Shown here: piece by piece, positions 25,862-39,918 of the stretch | Numbering within the stretch: position 1 is the stretch's first letter | Layout: each line of letters starts with the position of its first letter | Assembly: GCA_003971905.1 (NCBI GenBank) | Contig: RSEE01000050.1 | Coordinates: forward strand, 62,001 to 126,000 | Reading direction: 5' to 3' | Source of the DNA: Moniliella sp. 'wahieum' | Taxonomy: Eukaryota | DNA: 64,000 nucleotides | Translations under genes and position numbers: made by a program | The notes under the pieces: model-generated | Database searches by the model: none | What the model saw: the letters and a program-made list of their open reading frames with translations, nothing else | What the model was told of the DNA's origin: nothing

Positions 25862-26645
25862 TCAACGTTCGACGGGTGTGCAAGAAGCAAAAAAAAGAGG
25901 ATACGGGGCGGGGGCCGCGCGGGCAGGGAGGGATGCGGAGGAGAGGGGGGTGAAGAGCAGCATGGCTAGATGGCTAGGCAGACGTGTTGGCCGCTGGCGT
26001 CTGCTCTGCGTCGGCTTCTTCTTGGGGTTGGTCGGGTGGAAATGCCATTCATGGGCGGCGATGCCAAACGCTTTGTGGGTCATGCCTTCGCGGCGGGCGC
26101 GCACCAAGGCGACGGCCTTGGACATGTACACATTGTACGGGGACCAAGGCCGCTTGCGCCGCGGTGGAGGCGACTCGTCCTGCTTGGGGGATTGTTCAAG
26201 CGCTTTTGGGGTGCGCGTTCGCTTGAGGGCGGGGGGGCGAGCGGACCTGGCGGGGGGCGGGAACGACCTCGGGCGCGAGCGAGGCGAACAGGGGCGCGTC
26301 GGGGACAGGCGGCGCATGGGTGGAGGGGATGTGGAAGAGGGGGGGCATGTGCTCCGCGGGCGCGGCCGGTCGAGCCTGGGCGGGGGGGCGACGCGGCCCA
26401 GTCCGGGTGGGGTGGGGGAGGGGGCACGAGGGCAGAGGTGGGGCAAAGGCGGTGTTGGGGTCGAGCGGGGGCGAGGAGCTCCAGGGGGGGAGCGAGCGGT
26501 AGGTGGGCTGGGAGGAGAGGAGGGAGGGGCCGAGGCGCGGGTCGGTCGTCAGCAGACAGTCGTCCAGGTGGGGCGTGGCGAGGCCGACGGCGGGGGCGGC
26601 GGCGGCATAGTGGGGGGGCAGCGCGTACGCGTGGTAGCCGGACAT
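25862..26645 (-). CDS. Pro-rich protein with a C-terminal YABBY/HMG-box-like domain
   Basis: RRKRPWSPYNVYMSKAVALVRARREGMTHKAFGIAAHEWHFHPTNPKKK matches the S-x-YN-x-[FY]M...HK..F..AA..W...P.NP pattern. Confidence 0.65.
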
Positions 26646-28557
26646 GTGCACTCTCACGCCGGGCGGCGGCAGGGGGTTGGGGGGGGTGGGGGTGGGGGTG
26701 GGGGTGGGGGCGGCGGACGGGGTGGTGGGTCGGCCGAGGGAGAAGGAAGGGCAGCGGGGACCAGAGGGCAGGCTTGGTTTCAATTGGGCAGCGTGGCGCG
26801 CACCAACGCGGGCGGCGGGTCTCCTGGCGTCGCTGGCGCCAACGGGAGAGCGGCTGAGCGATCCCGATCAGAGCAGCCCGCCGGTCGCCGCGACGCCACG
26901 ACTGGACTGGGACTGGGACTGGGGCTGGCTCACCGCGGGGAGGCCGCGCTGTCAGGCGGCCGTCACGCATCATGCATCACACTGCTCGCCTGCATCACAC
27001 GTGCCACATGCCACATGCCATGCGCCTTGCCACATGTCACCGGGTCACCGCCCCCTGGCGGCACTGGCGCCGTGCCCGCGTGTGCCGAGGCGCGGCAGCG
27101 GAGCGGCACGCAGCGGTGCGCCCTGGCAGGCACCGCGCAGGCACCGCGCAGGCTGTGACGTGGGAGCGGGCACAATCTGGCCCAGCGCCAGAGCCACTAG
27201 CCACGAGCCACTAGCCACTGCGCTCGGCCGCGCTGCGCCAGTGCTTGCCCGGCTCCGGGCGAAGCCTGAAGCTCTGCGATCTGAGATCGCAAGCTGGCAG
27301 CCTGCCGCTGCAGCGCTGAATGTGGGGAGCAGCCGGGGCAGCCGCAGCCGCACGGCGCCAGTGTGGCTCCACGCCGCTCCGCTGCCCGGCTGGCGCCGGG
27401 GGCGCCACAGTGCGCAGGCGCGGCCACGTGCCTGAGCGCCTGAGCTCCGGACAAGCGCTGGGCGCTGGGCAGGGGCAGTGTGGGCTGTTGGGAACGGGCG
27501 CAGGGAGCGGCCCGGAGCGCTGCGCTCGCAGTGTGCCCACCCGCCCGCACGCCCATCCCACATCCGCCGCCTGCGCCATCCCTCGACATGCACACCTCCA
27601 CATCCCGCGACGGTCGCACTCAGCCAGGCTCAGCCGGCCTGAGCGCCCTGAGCGCTGGCCGTGGCTGGGTGACCAGGTCAGCCGAGGCGGAAGCGTGGCG
27701 GAGCGGTGGCGGCGGTCACCTGACCGGCCTGACCTCTCTGAGCTTGCGAGGGCAAAACTGGGCTCATCGATCGCTGATTCATGTTTGGTCGAGGGCTGAT
27801 CGAGCTGATCCATTTCACCCGTTGCTCCGCCAGAGCGCGGCCGGCGGGTGTGGCGGCCAACCCAACCATCCTGCATCTCCCTCGTTGGAGACAGCGGCGC
27901 TGCGCGGGTGCGTTTGAACGTTTGACGCTCGAGTTGAACGTTCAAGTTGAACATTGAATCTGCAGGCACCGCAAAGGTGTGGGGTGTGTGGGTAGGCAAG
28001 TGGGTAGGCTGTGCATCCGATAAGCGTTTCAATATTCACGCGTTGCCCGCGTGCTTGCGGTAGGGTTAGCTGGTTGCTGGGCAATGCCCAAGCACGCCAT
28101 TTGGACGCACATGGCGCCTAGGCCGCAAGCATGGCACGGCCCTGCTCGGTGCAACGCCGCGCCTTCCGCTTGAAAGTTGCTGCGGAGATGTCGGGGGCAG
28201 AGGGGCGGAATGGGCTGGTTGGGCGCCGGCGGGCACAGGGCCAGTGGCAGACGGCGGGGCGGGCGGAAGGGTGAAAGTTGCAGCGCTGGCGTGGTGCGGC
28301 GTGGTGCGGCCGGCGCAGTGGCGGGATGGCAGCGCGCGCGAGGCCGGGCATGGGAGGGATAGATGCTTGGCTGGCCAGCACCCAGCAGCAAAAAACCACA
28401 GCAGCTGCCCGCACGTGGCCAGCGATCCAATCGAAAAAAATTGGCGCTTTTAAAAGCCCCCCCTACGTTTCTTCTCACCGCCTCTCTCCTCTTCCTTCCC
28501 CCCCCCGTCCCCTCTCCTTCTCTCCCGCCCTCCCGCCCATCCGCCTGCTCCTGCGCC

Positions 28558-29811
28558 ATGGCTGCCAACGGTGTTTCGTTCCACAACCACAAGCTGCCCG
28601 AGGGGCACTTCCTCTTCACGTCGTACGTCCCTCCCCGCGCTGGCCCCGGCTCGCTCCTCTCTCGTGCCTAACCCATTCCTTCTTGCGCTTAGCGAGTCGG
28701 TCGGCGAGGGCCACCCCGACAAGATCTGTGACCAAGTGTCCGATGCCATCCTCGACGCGTGCCTCGCCCAGGACCCCAACTCGAAGGTTGCTTGCGAGAC
28801 GGCAACCAAGACGGGCATGGTGATGGTCTTTGGTGAGATCACGACCAAGGCGGTGATTGACTACCAAAAGGTCATTCGCGACACGATCAAGGAGATTGGG
28901 TACGACGACAGCGCCAAGGGCTTTGACTACAAGACGTGCAATGTGCTGGTTGCCATTGAGCAGCAGAGCCCGGACATTGCCCAGGGCCTGGACCATGGCT
29001 CGTTGGAAGACCATGGTGCCGGCGACCAGGGCATCATGTTTGGCTATGCTACGGATGAGACGCCCGAGCTCATGCCGCTCACGCTTACCCTCGCCCACAA
29101 GCTGAACCGTGCGCTGACGGTCGCACGCAAGACGGGTGCGCTCCCCTGGCTGCGCCCCGACACCAAGACCCAGGTCACGGTCCAGTACAAGAAGGATGGC
29201 GGTGCGGTGGTGCCCGTTCGTGTGGACACGGTTGTTGTCTCGACCCAGCACTCGGACGAGGTTACGACGGAGCACCTGCGCGCCGAGATTCTCGAGAAGA
29301 TCATCAAGGAGGTCATTCCTGCCAACCTGATTGACGAGCACACATCTACCACATCCAGCCTTCCGGCCGCTTTGTCATTGGCGGGCCTCAGGGCGATGCG
29401 GGTCTGACCGGCCGCAAGATCATTGTCGACACGTACGGCGGCTGGGGCGCGCACGGTGGTGGTGCGTTTTCGGGCAAGGACTTTTCCAAGGTGGACCGCT
29501 CGGCGGCCTACACGGCGCGTTGGGTGGCCAAGTCGCTCGTTGCTGCCGGTCTGGCCCGCCGGGCGTTGGTGCAGCTTTCGTACGCGATTGGTGTCGCCGA
29601 ACCGCTGTCGGTCTTTGTCGAGTCGTACGGCACCTCGACCAAGACGGATGCTGAGCTGGTGGACATTGTGCGCAAGAACTTTAACCTCAAGCCCGGTGTG
29701 ATTGTGCACCACCTCGAGCTCCAAAAGCCCATCTACCGCTCCACTGCCTCGTATGGCCACTTTGGCCGCCCCGAGTTCACCTGGGAGCAGCCCAAGAAGC
29801 TCACGCTTTAA
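28558..29811 (+). CDS. SAM1: S-adenosylmethionine synthetase (MAT)
   Basis: [79 protein letters not shown], and TASYGHFGR. Intron 28623-28692. One indel near 29345. Confidence 0.98.
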
Positions 29812-30616
29812 TTTTTTCCCAATGTTTTCCCACGACCCTGCACCCTTGGTTCAACTCCAAGCGGGTCTTGCCTGTCGTTGCTCGCTCCCCCTCACCCCCT
29901 CGGCGACCTCTGACACCCACCTCGTAACTTCTGTCCTTTCCCTTGTTCGTCTCAACGACTTCCATGTATCTCGATACGCGTGTACAACAACATGTCGGTT
30001 CACCCCGGACCATGATTCCCCCTTCCCATCATCATTGCATTGCTTCAACGGCTTACCAGCACACCCCTGTTGTCGTAATCTCTGCATTGTAGTTCCTTCG
30101 CTCTAACCAAGTCTCGATGCACGCCATATGGGCCGCGATGCAGCTGTTGTGCATTCTGGTCTGTGGTGAACGAGGCGGTATTGGGGAGGCGGAAGGGCGG
30201 CTGCGCGCCAACGCAGTCGGATGTCTGGTCCATTGGGTACCAGTTGCCCCGAAGACGAAGAGACTTTCTTTTTCTGCAGCGTTCCACGAAATCCGACAAG
30301 TGGTCCGAGCGCACGTGCTTCTTGCTTGTAGCGGCAAGAAGAGCCCATTCGATTGCTAACACCGGAGATTAGACTGGTAGGCCAAAACACGTGACCTGTG
30401 CTGGTCGGCGTAGGCGCCAGCCAAGGCCGAATCCGAGAGGCGCCTGTCGCATGTTGGGGCGGTCAATATGAGCTGCTTGCGCAGGCCGCCGAAGATGAGA
30501 CGACATCAGCGGGCCAAGCATAAATAAACCCCGGGCCTGTCGTCCTTTTTACTCCGCTCGTCCTTCTTGTCCCCGTACCACCTCCTCCCCTTTCGCTTTC
30601 GCCCTCACCTGCACCC

Positions 30617-31262
30617 ATGGTCATTCCGCCACTCAACTTCCCCCGCTGGGTGGAGGAGAACAAGGAGCGTCTGGCGCCTCCGGTGGGCAACTTTTGCCTC
30701 TTCCGCTCGCAGGACTACACGGTCATGGTCGTTGGCGGGCCGAACCAGCGCAGCGACTACCACTTCCAGCCCACCGAGGAGTTCTTTTATCAGGTCCAGG
30801 GCGACATGCTGCTCAAGATCATTGAGGATGGCAAGTTCAAGGATGTGCCAATCAAGGAAGGAGAGATGTTTATGCTTCCGGCCAACACGGCCCACTCGCC
30901 CATCCGCTTCGAAAACACCGTTGGCCTCGTCGTCGAGCGCACCCGTCCCGAGGGACAGAACGGTACGTGTCTAACCCCCCCCGCCCCTACCTGTGGATGG
31001 TCCAGCGCCCGAGCCGCCCAACGCTAACCCCATGAACCCAGATGAGCTGCGGTGGTACTGTCCCAACACGAAGGCGCACGCGGAACCCACGTTGATCCGC
31101 AAGGCCAGCTTCTACTGCACCGACTTGGGCACCCAACTCAAGCCGCACATTACCCAATGGAACGAGGAGCCCCAACTTCGCATCTGCTCGGGCTGTGGGT
31201 ACCATGCTGCCGCCCGGGAGCTCATCCCGCCTACTGAAACGGTGCACAGCAAGCAGCCCTAA
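30617..31262 (+). CDS. BNA1: 3-hydroxyanthranilate 3,4-dioxygenase (kynurenine NAD pathway)
   Basis: PPLNFPRWVEENKERLAPPVGN, VGGPNQRSDYH..TEEFFYQ, HSPIRFENTVGLVVER, and LRWYC..FYCTDLGTQLK..RICSGCG. Intron 30963-31041. Confidence 0.97.
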
Positions 31263-31916
31263 CGCGTAACACGTAACACGCTGCATTCCTCCTCCGTCCG
31301 CGCCCCCGGCCAGCAGCACTTGGGGAAGGCCGAGCTGGGTGCTGGTGGACTAAGGGTTGTTCGGAGGCAGCAGAAGGTAGGTGGATGTACGAGATGGCAT
31401 GATTGGAACACACTCAGATCATTGTGCATAGCGTCAGAGGGGCAACCTGGTAGCCGACAGTCTACCTGGCGCGCTGGAAAAATGAGGGCGCTGAGGCTGC
31501 GGCTCAGCTTGAGGTTTGCCAGGGGACATGCCAGTTGTTCTTGCCTTTCGCGTAGTGCAAGTGCTGCTGCGCTCGCTCAGTGAGTGTAAGCGGCCGCTCC
31601 AACGTGATTAACGATGGCAGTCGCCGACTGGTCACCGTGACGTGTGACATGTGACGTGTGACGTGTGACGCGTGATGCTCATGCGCGGCCTGTGATGAGC
31701 TTGGCAGGTAAAATTGCAAATCAGCGCTCAGCCTAAGCGCTGAGGCTCAGCACGGGGCAACCCTGGCATGCAACCCTAATGGTAACAATTATTGCGGGCG
31801 CCGCAGCTTTCGTCAGGATGCCCCGCCCCCGTAACCCGCAAAAGCATAGGAACAGCCGCCGTGGATACTTTTTCTTTTCTCTCCACCGCCATCTTGCCAA
31901 GCGTGCGACTGCCAAG

Positions 31917-32565
31917 ATGTCCAAGATCCAGGTCTCGTCCGTCCGTGCCTCGCTGCAGGAGCTGCTGAAGGCCAGCGAGGAGAAGCACCGTAACTTTAAC
32001 GAGACGGTGGAGCTGCAGATTGGTCTCAAGAACTACGACCCGCAGCGTGACAAGCGTTTCAGCGGCACGATCAAGCTGCCCCATGTGCCGCGCCCGCGCA
32101 TGACGGTGTGCATTCTTGCGGATGCTGCGCACGTGGACCAGGCCAAGCTGATTGGGCTTGACTTTATGACGGTGGAGGACCTCAAGAAGCTCAACAAGAA
32201 CAAGAAGCTGGTCAAGAAGCTGGCCAAGAAGTTTGATGCGTTCCTGGCCTCGGAGGCGCTCATCAAGCAGATCCCGCGTCTGCTCGGCCCCGGTCTGTCC
32301 AAGGCGGGCAAGTTCCCCACGCCCGTCTCGCACGCCGACGACCTGGAGAAGAAGGCGATTGAGGTCAAGTCGACGATCAAGTTCCAGCTAAGAAGGTGCT
32401 CTGTCTCGGTGTGGCCATTGGCCACGTGCAGATGTCCGACGAGGAGCTGCTCGCCAACGTGATGCTTGCCATCAACTTCCTCATCTCGCTGCTCAAGAAG
32501 AACTGGCAGAACGTCAAGTCGCTCAACGTCAAGTCGACCATGGGCCACCCTTACCGCTGTACTAA
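31917..32565 (+). CDS. RPL1: 60S ribosomal protein uL1 (L10a)
   Basis: [77 protein letters not shown], and [16 protein letters not shown]. No intron. Indels near the 3' end. Confidence 0.97.
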
Positions 32566-32782
32566 ACAGGTCGCTGATTTCCTTTTGGCATGAAGAATGA
32601 CGTACGGCTGTCGCACGCTACCAGTAGTCGTCCCTTGGGCTTGCCCTGGGGGGGTATAGACTATGAGGGGAGCTTTTCATTGCCTTTCAAAATGCTTGCA
32701 ATCCATGATTCCTCATGCTGCGCTGGCGCTATGTTTTTGTTGTCTGGATGGGATGGCTACTAGTAGGGGTATGAGAGTCGGG

Positions 32783-33931
32783 TCATAGCGGGCGCACAGG
32801 ATTGCTCGGAAACGTAATAATGATGGGGCGGCGCGGGCCAGCGTAGCTCCCGCTTACAATTTGCTCGGTGGCGGTGACGCCAGTGCATCTGACGGCGCTG
32901 ACGGCCAAGGTTGGGTCATGCCGTGGAGGGAAGGAGTTGAGGGTGGCGAGCCGGTCAGGGTCGATTGTCCGGGTGACCATCGTGGTCTTGGTCTTGGTCT
33001 TCGTCGTCGGGCCGAGGGGTTCCTGCTCGTCTCGGGGCTGGGCAAGGGGGGGGGGTAAGGCAAGAGGGCAAAGCGGGGCCGGACGCGTTTGCGCTTGGCG
33101 CGGCGCGGGCTGGAAAAGGCGAGGGTGATGAGTTGGTCATTCGAGCTAGGTTGGCCCGGCGCTCGAAGGGTAAAGTCGAGTATCCTCTGGCCGTGGGGGG
33201 GGGAGGGATTGGGAGCGCCATTGGCCAAGGTGAGCGCGTCGCGTGGCACAGCGTCGTACGCCAGCATGGCGGCGTGGATGAGAATGTCACTGGTCAGGCC
33301 CATGACGGGGTTGCGCGTGTCCATAAAGTAGTGTCTTCGGACGAGCAGGCCAAGCCACTGCGCGTCGCGGCACGAGTGCCAGTCGGACGGGGGAGAGGCA
33401 GTGGATGGGGCTGGGGTGGAGAGGCGCGGGGGGCAAGTGGATCGCGTCGCGCACGTGCGCGGGAGGGTTGTGAAAGAGAAAGGCCTCCAGAGGCAGGCTA
33501 AAGATTTGTTCTACCCTTGGGATTGAGCTTGGGCTGGATGCTCGTGTCGGTGATGAGAAAGACAACGGGCGTGACGAGCAACTCGTTGGCACTGAGAAAG
33601 GGAGGCATGGTGCACAGTTTCTTCACCCGCTCCGGGTCGATCGGCAACCCACACTCCTCGTACGCCCTCTCCGCGCTGTCTCTTCCAGCGTGCGATCCAG
33701 CAACTCGCACGCCCTCGGGCAGAGCCGTGTCGCCAGCATGCGACCGGAGCGAGCTAGAGCGCTGGCTGAGAATCACATGCAGCGACCCTCTCCTGCCGAC
33801 AAAGAGGCCGACCAGCACCGCGGCGCGGCGGTAGGCGGGAATCTGGGCCACCACGCCAGGCTCGGGCGGGGGGGTGTAGGCAGCCAAGCGAGCAAGAGCA
33901 GCGCGGGGTCGGGTGTGGCCACCTCCATCAT
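32783..33931 (-). CDS. PCD1: Nudix CoA diphosphatase (PCD1/NUDT7-like)
   Basis: RRAAVLVGLF..LHVILSQRSSSLRSHAGDTALP (CoA-Nudix motif), Nudix box ..AYEECGLP, PPFLS..LLVTPVV, VEQIFSLPLEAFL and VMGLTSDILIHAA. 3' end uncertain. Confidence 0.85.
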
Positions 33932-36145
33932 ATCGTAAGAGGCTTGCTCCTCCTCCACGCCTCGTTGGAGCCTGGACAGGAAAGGCAGCCTCATCGTCGA
34001 TGCCGGGCAAGGGTGTGGTAGTGGAGGCGGCAGGGGGAGGAGGGTGCTGGTGAAATGTTGTACGCCTTGGGAGCTGAGCGTAAGCAATTAAGCTCAGTAG
34101 CTCGGTTGGGCTCTTGCTTGATTTCACGCCGGCGCATTTGCCCGCACCGGGTCTAGGCTGTGTCGGATCGATGGGGCCATGGGGTGCCCTACAGCCCCAG
34201 CCTCCAAATGGCCGGACCAAGGTGCCTTCGCAAGGACAAAGAGGGTTCGTACCCCCCCCACGGGCCCATCCACATTGTTGGAACACAAACCCACCATGGA
34301 GAGTCAATAACGACGATCAATTGATACCCCTCCGACTTGTTGCCCCTTGGATGCACGCATGACAGACGCAGTTACGACGCAGCGCACGCGCTGTCGGGAG
34401 ATGTGAGAGAAGAGTCGGTAGGAAACTGCTCAAGAAGCTCAACGTCGCCGACAGACGCGATGTGTGGTGGAGTAGCAATTCAACTAGTGCCAACACGTGT
34501 GGCTTTCCTCATTCCCACTACAGCAACCAAATCCCTCGAGCTCACCGTGACAAACAGGTTGTTCAGATTGGTCTCTAGCTGCGTACCCTGTGCCGTTCTA
34601 CGCGCAGCATGTACAAGTATGGTGCCCCCCCCCGCTTGAACACGTCTGGTCTTTTTGCACCTCTGCACCCGGTCCAAGTCTGGTGCGTTGCACGATGCGG
34701 TGCGGGAGCCGATTCTCTACAGCTCGTGCGCGCCATCCCCCGATACCCACATACCCACAAACAGCCGACCGTGGAGGAGGACGAGGCGAGGCCGGGAGGA
34801 AGGCGATGCGTACTGACGCCGCGGGTGCTGGGACCTGGAGCATCCGAGCATCACGATTGCAGGTGGACCATTGTGGGACTCCTGGGGAACACGGCGGGAG
34901 ACGACGTCTGCGTCCCGGAGGGTGGCAACCATTGGAACGCCTGGAGAAGGAGCTGTGCTTCAAGTATTGGAACAAGCGACACAAGGCGACAAGAACACCA
35001 AGTACCACGCATGCATCCAAGAACCTTTCTTCTCCTTCTTTATAATGACGAAAAGCGAGGATATATACTTTGACGCCACCAACAGGGTGAGCCAGGTGTT
35101 TGAGCCCTAGAAAGGATTAACTGATGAACTTCATTGAAGATGGTTATTCAGAGCCCCGACATCTACCATGCTCCTTCGTATCCATGCGCGCTCATCCGGT
35201 TCGGAAGGAAAGCAGGCGCCAGAGGGTCTTTTGGCCTGCTGGCGGCTCTCTTGGTTTCCTAGACGTGGTTTTGACGCCAACAAGTATTGACCACGCGTGC
35301 CGGATGAGCAGGTCGGCTTAGGTGCAACTGTTCTTCATCCCAGCCTTAGCCTCTGAAAACGATACGAGTACACCATAGGGAGGGGCATTGCGGGCTGCTT
35401 GCTGCGTTGCCTCCTTCTGCTTTCCACCATCATCCCAACCCCAGATCAGGCTGCCTGCTGGTCTGTCTGGTCTGCCCGCTTGCTCACGCCGTGCGCAACC
35501 ATGGGCGATGGCCAAAGTACCGCACTAGCAGCCCCCTCGCCCTTAATACCCTGTGGCTTAGTCGTCACTGGGAAAGTCCCCGGACGGTGCGGTGACGCCT
35601 GCGGCTGCTCGACAGCAGGGAGGGCACCAGAGCGCCGCCCATGCCCTTCATCCTCTCTAGCACCATCTTGACTTGTACATATGGACACGACCGTCCCCGA
35701 ATTCCACTCTGGTGTGGCTGGGGATGCGTACCGGCAACGGAGAGCGCGCAGTTGAGATGCCCCTGCGAGCATCAGGCACTCAACAGTACCCCTCTAATGG
35801 AGACCGAGAGCGGGGCTTTTGATGCGTCCTCCGTACCCGAGGGGGAGTGGTGATGATGGACCATCCAGTCCGGGGTAATCAGGAGGGAAAAAAGGCACGG
35901 CACTGGACATTGGGGCCAGTCAGACTCGTCTTGGGCTGGGAGGCAGGTGAGCCCGGTGAGCACAGCAACCCACACGATACAGGCCCACGCTCTTGGGCGT
36001 GATGGATTTGGGATGAGATGCGTCGCAGCGTAGGGGAGTCGAGGATAGGGCGGGCGTGCTAGGGTTGGCACCACCCCGCGACTCATAAAGCAAGCCGCTT
36101 GGGCCGGCGTGCGCAGGGCAGAGAGGCTCGGTTGGGTTCTACCAA

Positions 36146-37197
36146 ATGGGCGAGGCGACCAGCCGCTCGCAGGGCACCTACGACCCATTCCCCAAGTACA
36201 AGTACACTGGTCCCCACCGGGCCGTGTACCCCCTTGTGCCTCTGCCCGCCCCCTCGCCCTCGATTGCGCAGCCCAAGTACGGCTGGGAGTACCTCCACGA
36301 GGCCGTACGCGTGCCTTCCCATCTGCCCTGGTCCCGGCGGATTGCTAACTGGCCAACGCTTGTCTCCTACCCCAGTTCCCCTTTCGAATCCGCCAGCACA
36401 GCGGCACAGATGTAGAGGGCATGCGCGGGCGTGTGCGCTGGCGAGGGAGGTGCTGGATCAGCTTGGCTCCCTCATCGCCGTCGGCACCACCCTGGCTGAG
36501 CTGGATCGCGCTTGCTTTACCATGGCGACCGAGAGGGGATGCTATCCCTCGCCCTTGGGCTACCATGGGTTCCCCCAGAGCGTGTGCACGTCGGTCAACG
36601 AGGTCGTGTGCCACGGCATTCCGGACCAGTATGCGCTCCGGCCAGGGGATGTGATCAATGTGGACGTGACGCTGTACCACCAAGGCTACCATGGCGATGT
36701 GAATATGACCTATCCTGTCGGGCCCGTTTCGCGCGACCGTGCTCACCTGATCCGCACCGCACGCGAGTGTCTCGACCTGGCCATTGCCCTCTGCGGGCCC
36801 GGCATCCCCTATGCAGCGATTGGCGAGGTGATCCACCCGCACGCGCGCGCGAATGGGGCGCGTGGTACGGGCGTACACGGGCCATGGGATCGGGAAAGAC
36901 CAGTTCCATGGCCCACCGCGGGTCTACCACCACCACCCCAATCACTCCCGCGGCATCATGCAGCCCGGACACATCTTTACCATTGAACCCATGTTGGTAT
37001 GGGGCGAGCAGGCCAAGGTGGTCGTCTGGCCCGATGGTTGGACGGTCGCTTCGGCTTCGGGACAGCCGTCGGCAGCGGCAGAAGAGACGCTGCTGATCAC
37101 CGAGGTGGGGGTGGAGGTCCTTACGGCCCAAGGCGGCGCCCAGGCGTACGACACCACGGCGCGACGCCAAGCCTGGCTAAAGGAAAGGAGACACTGA
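36146..37197 (+). CDS. MAP1: Methionine aminopeptidase type 1 (Map1-like)
   Basis: DPFPKYKYTGP.RAVYPL, YPSPLGYHGFPQSVCTSVNEVVCHGIPD, NVDVT..HGD, GHGIG..FH, FTIEPM and SAAAEETLLITE.GVEVLTA. All five metal ligands are present. Confidence 0.9.
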
Positions 37198-37328
37198 GCC
37201 GGAACCTGAGCCTGAGCCTGAGCCTGAGCATGATGAATGTGTAGGTCTATGGGTATGTGGAAAGAAGCAAGATGGGGATGGACCAAAGAGATGCATGGGT
37301 TCTGAAACAGGGTGGTCGGTCGTCCGAT

Positions 37329-38904
<1,576 letters not shown>

Positions 38905-39207
38905 GTAGGCCAGTCCATGCCCAGCCGACGCTGACCAACAGGCCGCCCTGCACCGCACGGGAGCACTGCCCGCCTGCCCAATTACAAATCGGTTGCCTGT
39001 GCATGCAGTGCCGTGCCAACCCTAGTCCCGCGTTGAAATGTTCACTGCCTGTCTGCCTATGATCTTCTCCCAGAGGGTTGTGTGCGGAGGTGGCGCGGAG
39101 TCTAGCATGCGATTCGGGTGCCAGGGCACAAGAAGAAGATCCACACCCCCGCCACGCACACAACAAAGCAGCGCCACCGTGCGCACCAAACCCAACCAGG
39201 GGCAGCT

Positions 39208-39660
39208 TTAGAACCCAACCCGATCAGGTAGTCGGCTACACAAGCGCAAGCACAGAGTTAGTCTCGTGCTCCTCCATCCACAGACCGAGAAGAAAAGGGG
39301 GGGGAACGTACCCAAACCCCCACCACCTTGGCCGCTTCGCCAGGCACAGTGGGCTCTGGTAGGCCGCAATGAGCGCGGCCTGGGACGTCTTGACGCACAC
39401 CAGGCCGTCGCCCTGCAACTTGCCGTAGACCGAGCGGTCGTCGGCGCGGAGGCAAAAGTACTTCTTGCCGGCGGCGTGGATGCCGGACGCCTGGACGGCC
39501 TCGGGACTGTCAAACATGCCCACGAGCTGTTTCTGTTCGGGGGGCTGAGGCTGAAGCCGGCCGAGGTGGCCCACACGCCGCCCTTGAGGCCGAGGATGGC
39601 CGCCTGGCTGACCTTGCCGGTGCCGAGCAGGTTGGTGTCGACGTACGATTGCCAGGACAT
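39208..39660 (-). CDS. PFY1: Profilin
   Basis: [57 protein letters not shown], and [16 protein letters not shown]. Intron near 39245-39311. Confidence 0.97.
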   Translation of the reverse strand: MSWQSYVDTNLLGTGKVSQAAILGLKGGVWATSAGFSLSPPNRNSSWACLTVPRPSRRPASTPPARSTFASAPTTARSTASCRATAWCASRRPRPRSLRPTRAHCAWRSGQGGGGLGTFPPLFFSVCGWRSTRLTLCLRLCSRLPDRVGF

Positions 39661-39918
39661 GGGTGGGTGGTGGGGGAGGGGCGGTGCTCAGGCCGCAAGA
39701 CCTGAGCTGGCACGCGAGCTGGGTCCTGCTCAGGGGCTGCGGCGGCGGGCGAGGTGTTTGTTGGGTTGGGTGGGACGGATGTGTCAGGCGATCACGTGGG
39801 CGGGGCGGCGCATTCCGCTTCCGCCGGAGACGCTGCCGGAGGAGGACTACTGGGAGGGCGTTGGGCGTTGGGCGTTACGCAAGCATCGCATTCGCGCAGC
39901 TTATGACGTCAGTACAAC

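Noticed and set aside
25791..27158. Long Gly/Arg-rich plus-strand ORFs (also 9193-10107, 40092-41300, 40996-42555)
   Set aside because: These are antisense shadows of real GC-rich genes and carry no recognisable motifs.
31757..31779. Telo-box/Tbf1-like AACCCTAA upstream of RPL1
   Set aside because: A single short match that is plausible but not distinguishable from chance without other ribosomal protein promoters.
34337..35110. Possible small multi-exon plus-strand gene
   Set aside because: Some fragments look coding-like, but I could not build a consistent exon chain or assign a family.
14574..37197. Sulfur/methionine 'gene cluster' (CYS4, SAM1, MAP1)
   Set aside because: The genes are spread over >20 kb and interleaved with unrelated housekeeping genes. 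There is no evidence of co-regulation or conserved linkage.
37196..37229. (GAGCCT)n microsatellite after the MAP1 stop
   Set aside because: An ordinary short tandem repeat in a 3' UTR.
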